Below are positions 56,848 through 64,000 of a stretch of DNA of 64,000 nt, one piece after another. Numbering within the stretch: the stretch's first letter is position 1; the number at the start of each line of letters is the position of its first letter. A program made the position numbers and the translations under genes. The notes under the pieces are model-generated. The model was not told the DNA's origin, did not search any database, and worked only from the letters and a program-made list of their open reading frames with translations. The DNA comes from an uncultured Clostridium sp. (GTDB lineage: Bacteria > Bacillota > Clostridia > Oscillospirales > Acutalibacteraceae), in contig CAKUYY010000005.1 in the NCBI GenBank assembly GCA_934717555.1, positions 3,290 through 67,289 on the forward strand, given 5' to 3'.

Positions 56848-57048
56848 TCCTATAGAAAATTGGACAATCTCCGAAATGCTGTAAAAAAAAAGGAAAAAAG
56901 TGTTTATTTTATACGCAGTAAGCAATATAATAGAAACAGTAGTGGAAAGGTTGAAAATCCTTTTTATTCAAAAAATTTTTTACTGGCATGTTTCTCCAAG
57001 AAGGAAAGCATCCTATTTTTTCGTATCTTTTATGAGGAGTGACTACGA

Positions 57049-58428
57049 TTGAATCAGCAACAGGATATATTAAATCATGTAAAAAGGATTCATATGATTG
57101 GAATCGGGGGTTCCGGTATGTGCCCCATCGCCGAGATCCTGCACAGCGAGGGCTTTGAAATCACCGGTTCCGATGTGTTTGAATCAGATACATTGGAGCG
57201 TATCCGCTCTTATGGGATTCCTGTTCATATGGGGCACCGCGGGGAAAATATCAAAGGAGCCCAGCTTGTGGTATATACCGCGGCTGTAAAGCAAGACAAT
57301 CCCGAGCTAGTTGCAGCGAAAGAGCAGGGTATCCCGGCGATAGAGCGCAGCGTCATGTTGGGCATGGTAGCCCGGCGCTATCAAAATTCCATCGCTGTGT
57401 CCGGTACTCATGGCAAAACCAGCACCACCGCCATGCTCACACAGATTTTAATCAACGGCGGAAAGGACCCCACCGCTATCATCGGAGGCAAGCTTCCTTT
57501 CATTGGGGGAAATGGAAGGGTCGGTGCCTCTGAGAATATGGTGTGTGAGGCCTGTGAATATGTGGATACCTTTTTGCAGCTAACCCCCGCTATTTCTATT
57601 ATTTTAAATATAGACGCCGATCATCTGGATTATTTTAAAGATTTGGAGCATATCATCCAGTCTTTCCATCGGTTCGCCGGACAGACCTCACGGCTTCTTG
57701 TCGTCAATGGGGACGATGCCAACACGCGCAAGGCGATAGAAGGTCTTTCCCTCCCGGTCCTCACCTTTGGCCTAGGGGAAAATAACGACTACCGAGCTGT
57801 CAATATTTCCGCTCACGCAGGTGTGAAAGAGCAGTTTACCCTATCATACCGTGGGGAGCCTTTGACCGATATTACGCTGAGCGTCCCTGGCAAGCACAAT
57901 ATCTATAACGCCTTGGCCGCTGCCGCTGCCGCCCATTATCTTGGGGTAGCACCGGATGATATCGCTTTCAGCTTACATCAATTTACAGGGGTCCACCGCC
58001 GTTTTGAAATTCTGGGAGACCTGCACGGTATTACCGTAGCGGACGATTTCGCCCACCACCCTACAGAGCTAAAGGCTACCCTCACTGCCGCCATGCAAAT
58101 GGGGTTCCAACAGGTCTGGGCTGTTTTCCAACCCCACACCTTCTCCCGGACCTTCCTGTTGTTGAACGATTTTGCTGAAGCGCTTTCTATTCCGGATCAC
58201 GCGGTGATTTCCGAAATTCTTCCCGTCCGTGAAACCAATACCTATGGTATTTACGCCAAAGATTTAGCAGACAAAGTACCGGGAAGCGTCTGGTTTAAGA
58301 CCTTTGAAGAAATTACCGATTATGTCACCCAAAAGGCTCAGCCCGGGGATCTGATCCTTACTTTGGGCGGCGGTAACGTCTATCAATGCGCCCATATGAT
58401 TGTTGACCGTCTAAAAGCCAAAGAATGA
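57049..58428 (+). CDS. murC: UDP-N-acetylmuramate--L-alanine ligase
   Basis: 459 aa with a TTG start. It contains IHMIGIGGSGM and the ATP-binding motif VSGTHGKTSTTAM. Confidence 0.95.
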   Translation: MNQQQDILNHVKRIHMIGIGGSGMCPIAEILHSEGFEITGSDVFESDTLERIRSYGIPVHMGHRGENIKGAQLVVYTAAVKQDNPELVAAKEQGIPAIERSVMLGMVARRYQNSIAVSGTHGKTSTTAMLTQILINGGKDPTAIIGGKLPFIGGNGRVGASENMVCEACEYVDTFLQLTPAISIILNIDADHLDYFKDLEHIIQSFHRFAGQTSRLLVVNGDDANTRKAIEGLSLPVLTFGLGENNDYRAVNISAHAGVKEQFTLSYRGEPLTDITLSVPGKHNIYNALAAAAAAHYLGVAPDDIAFSLHQFTGVHRRFEILGDLHGITVADDFAHHPTELKATLTAAMQMGFQQVWAVFQPHTFSRTFLLLNDFAEALSIPDHAVISEILPVRETNTYGIYAKDLADKVPGSVWFKTFEEITDYVTQKAQPGDLILTLGGGNVYQCAHMIVDRLKAKE

Positions 58429-58467
58429 TAATCTATTTTTTCTCTGTTTGGAAAGGAGCATCATGGA

Positions 58468-59907
58468 ATGAACCGGCCCAATATCCTTTTGATTACCACC
58501 GACCAGCAGCGGTTCGATACCATTGCGGCTTTGGGAAATTCCCACATTTTTACCCCGCATCTCAACTGGCTCACTGACGAGGGGACCTCTTTTGTCCGCT
58601 GTTACGCGGACTGCCCCATCTGTATGCCGTCCCGGGCCACCATTATGACGGGAAAACGAGGTTATACCACCGGCTGTGTGGGAAATAACGGGGATCTTCT
58701 TCCCATGCGTACCCAAAAGGAAACACTGCCCTACCTCTTGACCCAAAACGGTTATCAAACCCGCGGGGTTGGAAAGATGCATTTTGAGCCTGCCCGGGCG
58801 AATTATGGGTTTGAGCATATTGATTTAGACCTGAATTATTACCGAGAAATGGCCCAGCACCCTGAATGGGGAATCCCCAAAGACCATGGAACGGGAGAAA
58901 ATGAAGTGGAACCCGTCATTTCCACTGTGCATGAATCTTACAGCCTGACCCAATGGACTGTGAAACATTCCATTGATTTTCTAGAAACCAGGGACCCCAC
59001 CCGGCCTTTCTTTTTGTGGACAAGCTTTACCAAACCTCACCCGCCCTTAGATCCTTGTTTCCATTACTGGGCCCTTTATGAAGATGAGGATATGCCGGAC
59101 CCGGTGCTTGGAGACTGGTCCGCTGACCTTGCTACCATGCCCAAAGGATATTTGCGTATTACCTACTGGCTCAATAACATGCAGAGATTTTCCCCGCGCC
59201 AAATGAAAAAAATCCGACGGGCCTACTATGCCCTGATTACTCAAATCGATTATTCCTTGGGATTGCTGTTTGCCCGGGTACGGGAACTGGGATTGCTAGA
59301 AAACACCTGGATCATCTTCACCTCTGACCATGGGGATATGCTGGGGGATCATCATATGGGCGCCAAATTTGTATTTCAAGAAGGCGCTTCCCATGTTCCG
59401 CTGATTATCCGTCCTCCCATGGCCGCGGGGAAGATCCACGAAATGTCCGGCAAGCGCTGTCAGCGCCTCGTCGAAATGGCTGACCTTTTCCCCACTATCC
59501 TTTCCATGGCTGGGCTTTCTGTCCCACAGGACGCCGACGGTGTCAACCTGCTGGATCATTTGCAGGATAACCGCACTACTCCCTTTTTTGGAAATGTGGA
59601 AAACCATACATTCTGCGTTATGGAAGGATACGAAAAATATCTGTGGACCGCTTTTGGAGGGGCAGAATTGTTGTTTGATTTAAAGGAAGACCCTTATGAA
59701 CAGCATAATCTGGCCTGCCTTCCGGAATATCAGGACAAAATGGAATATTACCGTAAGTTATTGATCGGCCATATGAAACAAACCGGCGTCACGGAACATA
59801 TCAAAGGGGATACTTTGATCCCCGTGGAAGCGCCCAAGGACACCCATGATGTTGCAAAGTGGCCGGGATTTCATTCCCCAAAAGTGGAAATCGATACCCT
59901 GCATTGA
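58468..59907 (+). CDS. Sulfatase family protein (Cys-type, formylglycine motif), no signal peptide
   Basis: 479 aa with LLITTDQQR, the C-x-P-x-R motif (CMPSRATIMTG) and FTSDHGDMLGDH. Confidence 0.85.
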   Translation: MNRPNILLITTDQQRFDTIAALGNSHIFTPHLNWLTDEGTSFVRCYADCPICMPSRATIMTGKRGYTTGCVGNNGDLLPMRTQKETLPYLLTQNGYQTRGVGKMHFEPARANYGFEHIDLDLNYYREMAQHPEWGIPKDHGTGENEVEPVISTVHESYSLTQWTVKHSIDFLETRDPTRPFFLWTSFTKPHPPLDPCFHYWALYEDEDMPDPVLGDWSADLATMPKGYLRITYWLNNMQRFSPRQMKKIRRAYYALITQIDYSLGLLFARVRELGLLENTWIIFTSDHGDMLGDHHMGAKFVFQEGASHVPLIIRPPMAAGKIHEMSGKRCQRLVEMADLFPTILSMAGLSVPQDADGVNLLDHLQDNRTTPFFGNVENHTFCVMEGYEKYLWTAFGGAELLFDLKEDPYEQHNLACLPEYQDKMEYYRKLLIGHMKQTGVTEHIKGDTLIPVEAPKDTHDVAKWPGFHSPKVEIDTLH

Positions 59908-59998
59908 GCCATTCTATTGCTGAAATGGTAACTTTCATGCCTCCATAATATAGCTATTAGAAAATTAGGATATAATCTTCTAAAATTCATCAATAATC

Positions 59999-60046
59999 AA
60001 AAAACCGTGCCAAAAAGCTTTTACCAGCTAATTGGCACGGTTTTTT
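59999..60046. terminator. Bidirectional terminator between the convergent sulfatase and suf genes
   Basis: AAAACCGTGCCAA-18 nt-TTGGCACGGTTTT, with flanking A and T runs. Confidence 0.7.
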
Positions 60047-60085
60047 GCAATATTCTCTTAGTAGCTACTCTGTTGAATAACCTCT

Positions 60086-61003
60086 TTATTTCAGGAATCC
60101 TTCAATGATTTTCGCTTCCGCTTCTTCCTCGGTTAATCCCAAAGTCATCAATTTAATCAATTGCTCTCCTGCAATTTTCCCAATCGCCGCTTCATGGATC
60201 AAACCAGCGTCCACATGGTTGGCGGTCAGTTCCGGAATCGCGCTTACAATGCCTTGATCCATAATGATGGCATCACATTCCGAGTGGCCCGTACAGCGGG
60301 TATTGCCATTGATACAGGAGCGGAACGTTTGACGGGAATGCCCTTTCGCCACGGAACGAGATATCAAGTCCGCGCCGGAACCCTCCCCGTTGAGATCCAC
60401 TTCAAAATTGGTTTCCGCGATTTGATGGCCATGGTTCATGATTTTTTCTTTCACAACAATTTTAGCGCCCTTATCAAGCTTTGCTTTTGTGATACGGTTG
60501 GTAGAATCCACACCCTTGATCTGTGTGCTGTTCATTTCCATATAGCCGCCCTCGGCGATTTCCGCGTAGGTCTGGGGGTTGATAATCCGTTCTCCCGTTC
60601 CTTCCCCTATCCCGATATGTTTTTCCAAATACAATACCCGGGCGTTTTTCCCAATGAAAAAGCGGTGGATCCCGTTGTGCTGGGAGCTTTCCTCCCCATC
60701 GGTATGCACGCCGCAGCCCGCCACGATGGTGACGTCTGCCCCTTCCCCTACATAAAAATCGTTATATACCAGATCATCCACATGGCTATGGGTGACGCAA
60801 GCGGGGATATAGACGGTTTCCCCTTTTGCCTCAGGCTGGATGATGATGTCAATCCCCGGTTTGTCCTTCTTGGGATTGATTTGGATATGCTCAGTAGACT
60901 GCCGCCCGGCACACTGCCCATCCTCCCGGATATTATAGGCTCCCGTTGGGTCCCCCACTAGGTCAGACACCATCTCTAATAACTTTTTCGTCACTTTATT
61001 CAT
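60086..61003 (-). CDS. SufB/SufD family Fe-S cluster assembly protein
   Basis: The ORF track extends to 61024, but the ATG at 61003 lies 7 nt after GGAGGA. It has beta-helix repeats and a conserved C-terminus (AAIGKIAGEQLIKLMTLGLTEEEA). Confidence 0.8.
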   Translation of the reverse strand: MNKVTKKLLEMVSDLVGDPTGAYNIREDGQCAGRQSTEHIQINPKKDKPGIDIIIQPEAKGETVYIPACVTHSHVDDLVYNDFYVGEGADVTIVAGCGVHTDGEESSQHNGIHRFFIGKNARVLYLEKHIGIGEGTGERIINPQTYAEIAEGGYMEMNSTQIKGVDSTNRITKAKLDKGAKIVVKEKIMNHGHQIAETNFEVDLNGEGSGADLISRSVAKGHSRQTFRSCINGNTRCTGHSECDAIIMDQGIVSAIPELTANHVDAGLIHEAAIGKIAGEQLIKLMTLGLTEEEAEAKIIEGFLK

Positions 61004-61727
61004 CTTCATTTCCTCCTTTCCCACAGCAGAAATTGCATCCGCCTTCCGCCTGCAAAAGTTCTGGAAGCAGTTTCTCTTTGGCTCCTCTTGCCGTCACTTC
61101 CCCACCGGACAGTACCACAATATCGTCGGCAATATCCAAAATGCGCTCTTGATGGGAAATAATCAATACGGAGCCTTGAATTTCTTTGCGCATACGCTTA
61201 AACACATCAATCAGATTTTGGAAGCTCCATAGGTCAATTCCAGCCTCTGGTTCATCAAACAGGGTAAGCGGCGTTTTTCTGGCAATTGCCATGGCAATCT
61301 CGATACGCTTCATTTCCCCCCCGGACAAACTGGCGTTTACTTCCCTGTCAATATACTCTCTTGCACATAATCCCACATCCCGCAAGTAAGCGCGGATTTC
61401 CTGCTCTTTTAGCTGGGTGCCAGCCGCCAGTTTAATGAGGTCGCGCACCGTAATCCCCTTGAAGCGGACAGGCTGCTGAAACGCATAGCCGATCCCCATC
61501 TTAGCTCGTTCCGTAATGGAAGCATCTGTAATATCTTTCCCATCGAACAGGATCCGGCCGGAAGATGGCGGCAGGATACCGGCGATCACTTTCGCTAAGG
61601 TAGATTTCCCCCCTCCATTGGGCCCTGTAATAACAATAAACTTGGAATCCTCAATGGTTAAATTGATATTTTTCAGAATTTCCCGGCTGCTTTCTACACA
61701 AACCGAAATATTTTGCAGTTCTAACAT
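60996..61727 (-). CDS. sufC: SufC-like ABC ATPase (Fe-S cluster assembly)
   Basis: 243 aa with Walker A GPNGGGKST, signature LSGGEMKR, Walker B LTLFDEPEAGID and a Cys-containing tail (GGCNFCCGKGG). It overlaps the next gene by 8 nt. Confidence 0.8.
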   Translation of the reverse strand: MLELQNISVCVESSREILKNINLTIEDSKFIVITGPNGGGKSTLAKVIAGILPPSSGRILFDGKDITDASITERAKMGIGYAFQQPVRFKGITVRDLIKLAAGTQLKEQEIRAYLRDVGLCAREYIDREVNASLSGGEMKRIEIAMAIARKTPLTLFDEPEAGIDLWSFQNLIDVFKRMRKEIQGSVLIISHQERILDIADDIVVLSGGEVTARGAKEKLLPELLQAEGGCNFCCGKGGNEDE

Positions 61728-61816
61728 ATCTTTTTCACCTCGTTGATTTGGGTCTGCCTAGATGATGATAAATAAAAGAGGAGTTCCTTATAAACATAAA
61801 GAATTCCAATAGTTTT

Positions 61817-61845
61817 AGTATAAACGCATTGTAAACCCTTGTCAA
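61817..61845 (-). promoter_or_regulatory. Sigma-A type promoter for the sufC-sufB/D pair
   Basis: The minus strand reads TTGACA-17 nt-TATACT, about 90 nt upstream of the sufC ATG. Confidence 0.6.
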
Positions 61846-61865
61846 TTTCTTCACAATACTCTGAT

Positions 61866-61915
61866 AAAAAAACGGCAGAATCCATACCTTTCCGGTGTAG
61901 TTTCTGCCGTTTTTT
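61866..61915 (-). terminator. Rho-independent terminator after the transglutaminase-like lipoprotein gene
   Basis: AAAAAACGGCAGAA-21 nt-TTCTGCCGTTTTTT. Confidence 0.7.
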
Positions 61916-61932
61916 GGACAGAGATTCCTCAT

Positions 61933-63381
61933 TTACCATGAAATTTTCAAATAATGTTCCAAGCCCACACATTTAAGATGGGAAATCCCTGTATTTGCAA
62001 TCCATGTTGTATCCACACAGCCATAAACACTATTAGAAAACGTACTGCCTGAACTGGTGTCCAAAAAGATTTCTATCTCATGGATTCCCATAGCCTGGGC
62101 ATTTAAAATAGCCTGGTTTACTTTAGTTCCCACAGATTCCCCCGGCCCTATAAAAGCCCATGCCATAGTATGGTAACTTTCCGCTGTAGAAATACAGCTA
62201 GGCAATACAAAATTAGAAAGTTCCGATTGATTTCCCGCTCCCGCCTGGGCGTAGAAAGAACGGTTTCTTCCCGGTATGCTTTGGATCTCCTGGCTTGTCA
62301 GATTAAAATAATCGTAAGAAATGCGCTGGACCCCATCGCTGTAAATGGGATCATCCCAGGTAGCGTCCATCTGATACCAATTGCCATTGATACACACCGC
62401 GTTCCACATATGGTCTACCATATTTCCGCTGGCGTCAATCGCTGTCCCCCGCTGCAGCACACATTCCAGCCCCACTTGTGTACATAAATATTGCACTGCC
62501 CGGGCGTACCCTTCGCACACGGCGGAACCGCCCACCAAGGCGCCGTATATATTATAGGCGTCAGAATCCACATTACTGGGAGAGGCGCCTCCATAACCAT
62601 AGGACACACCAGATATCACAAAATCATGTACCGCTTTTTCCAACGCCAGGTCACTCATTCCACCCGTCAAACCTCCCAGAAATGAGGACACCCGTTGACG
62701 AATTTGTGCCTGCTTCCGTGTTTTTTCCGCCGGCGTACAGTTATAAGAGCACTCCATATAAACACAATCCTGTTTATTGGTGACATAGGTTTTGGACATC
62801 CAGAAATATTCCGGATGGTCATTCATCACCGCACTGTAAGCCAGCAGGACATCCGATCTAGTCAGCGTCAGTCCCTGCTGGTTCATATTGCTGGTATTAA
62901 AATAAAATTTCGTGGTTCTCATATAGGATACCGCCGTGGCAATACAGCGGTAAGCTACTTTCTGGCTTTCGGTGAGGGTTTGATAAGAAGGTTCATAATT
63001 TGTAATGGCAGGATAATACCCCCTGCCTCCTGTCTGATAAGTCACCGTAGCAGATACGCCGGAAGACGATCCATCGGATGAATCTCCGGAAACAGCGCGG
63101 TCTGTACCTTCTTCCTCTCCGCCGGGAGACGCCTGCAAGTCCGGTAGAGATTCCGTTACCTCCTCAGGTTCCAATGTTTCCTGAGAGGATACAGAACTGT
63201 CTCTATTCTGCTCTTCAGAAGAAGATGTATTCCCTTCCTCTTCAGAAGTAACCTGTGAAGAAATAGCGGAACTAGGGTTGCTGGCCCCGTCCCCTGTTGG
63301 AATATTTTTGTGACAGCCCGCAAAACACAGCAACATCGTGATCGCAAGGCACCACGCCACTGCCGTCCGATTTCGATTCAT
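61933..63381 (-). CDS. Secreted lipoprotein with transglutaminase-like cysteine protease core
   Basis: 482 aa. It has a signal peptide with lipobox LLCFAGC and a Ser/Glu-rich linker. The Cys-His-Asp core context is GSAVCEGYARAVQYLC ... VDHMWNAV ... MDATWDD. Confidence 0.75.
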   Translation of the reverse strand: MNRNRTAVAWCLAITMLLCFAGCHKNIPTGDGASNPSSAISSQVTSEEEGNTSSSEEQNRDSSVSSQETLEPEEVTESLPDLQASPGGEEEGTDRAVSGDSSDGSSSGVSATVTYQTGGRGYYPAITNYEPSYQTLTESQKVAYRCIATAVSYMRTTKFYFNTSNMNQQGLTLTRSDVLLAYSAVMNDHPEYFWMSKTYVTNKQDCVYMECSYNCTPAEKTRKQAQIRQRVSSFLGGLTGGMSDLALEKAVHDFVISGVSYGYGGASPSNVDSDAYNIYGALVGGSAVCEGYARAVQYLCTQVGLECVLQRGTAIDASGNMVDHMWNAVCINGNWYQMDATWDDPIYSDGVQRISYDYFNLTSQEIQSIPGRNRSFYAQAGAGNQSELSNFVLPSCISTAESYHTMAWAFIGPGESVGTKVNQAILNAQAMGIHEIEIFLDTSSGSTFSNSVYGCVDTTWIANTGISHLKCVGLEHYLKISW

Positions 63382-63566
63382 GGAGATCCCCCTGCTTTAA
63401 TAGGATACTTACTTTATTTTTTATTATAGCATACTCTATATCATATTTGTAAAAAATCATAAAATTTTATTACACACAAAACAGTAATCCATTATATTTT
63501 ACTTTTCTTTTACAAAAGGCTATCCCTATACGGAAAAATTTTTATTGTAGAAAAATTCTTTCCTAT

Positions 63567-63616
63567 AAAAAATACCGTTACAGCCCCATCCCTTTGGAAT
63601 GTCGTGTAACGGTATT
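63567..63616 (-). terminator. Rho-independent terminator after the thioesterase gene
   Basis: AATACCGTTACA-22 nt-TGTAACGGTATT, with a T run on the minus strand. Confidence 0.6.
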
Positions 63617-63623
63617 TCCTAAA

Positions 63624-64000
63624 TTAATAACCCTGATCCCTGCGTTCTTTTCGCAATGACTGGCGGCGGGCTCCATTTTTAAATTCCGCTTTTTCCTGAT
63701 CTGTCTCTAAAATCAAGCGTGGCACCGGAATAGGCCTGTTTTGGTCATCTAGCGCTACAAAAACCAGATAAGCAGTATTCACCAATGTCCTTATCCCCTC
63801 CAGGCTTTCCATAAAGGTATCCACCCGCACTTCCATAGAAGTACGTCCCACATAGGTCATCTTTCCAACCAGTACCACCGTACTGTTGATCACTACCGCG
63901 GAACGGAATTGTAAATTATCCACACACGCAGTTGTGACTTCCCTTCCAGAATGCCGGCGGGCCACTACCCCGCCGACCGTATCAATCCACTGCATCAAAG
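63624..64000 (-). CDS. Acyl-CoA thioesterase (hot-dog fold), C-terminal part; the N-terminus is probably beyond the right window edge
   Basis: WIDTVGGVVARRHSGREVTTACVDNLQFRSAV resembles YciA/BFIT-type acyl-CoA hydrolases. In those proteins this segment sits about 30 aa from the true N-terminus. Confidence 0.65.
   Translation of the reverse strand, partial: LMQWIDTVGGVVARRHSGREVTTACVDNLQFRSAVVINSTVVLVGKMTYVGRTSMEVRVDTFMESLEGIRTLVNTAYLVFVALDDQNRPIPVPRLILETDQEKAEFKNGARRQSLRKERRDQGY

Noticed and set aside
1-64000. Scan for CRISPR arrays, rRNA genes, intact IS elements/transposases, integrases, prophage modules and long tandem repeats
   Set aside because: None were recognised by eye in either strand's ORF set or in the intergenic sequence. 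Dispersed repeats shorter than about 30 nt could have been missed without a computational search.

Overview
This is a 64-kb chromosomal segment from a spore-forming Firmicute, probably a Clostridia-class organism. The evidence is dpaA/dpaB, a SigH-like sigma factor, thyX, T-box leaders, a YjcZ-like micro-ORF and roughly 50% GC by eye. About 90% of genes are on the minus strand. Positions 11.4-64 kb are ordinary core genome: comEC-holA, alaS, a PBP, mltG, thyX-tmk, rqcH, trmK, comM, rlmH, murA, recQ, leuA, lgt, dpaAB, murC and sufCD-like genes. These come with recognisable rho-independent terminators, two T-box riboswitches and several near-consensus sigma-A promoters. The left 11 kb is accessory DNA lying against the 3' end of a tRNA-Leu(GAG) gene. 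It holds an alkA-ogt alkylation-repair pair with a frameshifted AraC-type regulator, about 1.3 kb of gene-poor hairpin-rich debris that looks like a mobile-element remnant, and an unusual Type I restriction-modification-derived operon (1-7063, minus strand, running off the left edge). From one strong promoter that operon encodes five products: (i) a methyltransferase-like protein with degenerate SAM and catalytic motifs fused to a half-HsdS specificity domain; (ii) an apparently intact ADP-ribosylglycohydrolase domain fused in-frame to a complete HsdM; (iii) a second, conventional-length HsdM paralog; (iv) a two-TRD HsdS; and (v) HsdR. I do not recognise the ARH-HsdM fusion plus dead-M/half-S architecture as a described system, and it is the main candidate for novelty. 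Smaller curiosities are a 65-nt tRNA-like element whose anticodon loop is collapsed, a 23-codon Cys-rich micro-ORF, and a 277-aa Cys-rich protein ending in CCCC. All calls rest on reading the sequence and the translated ORFs by eye. No database search was run.
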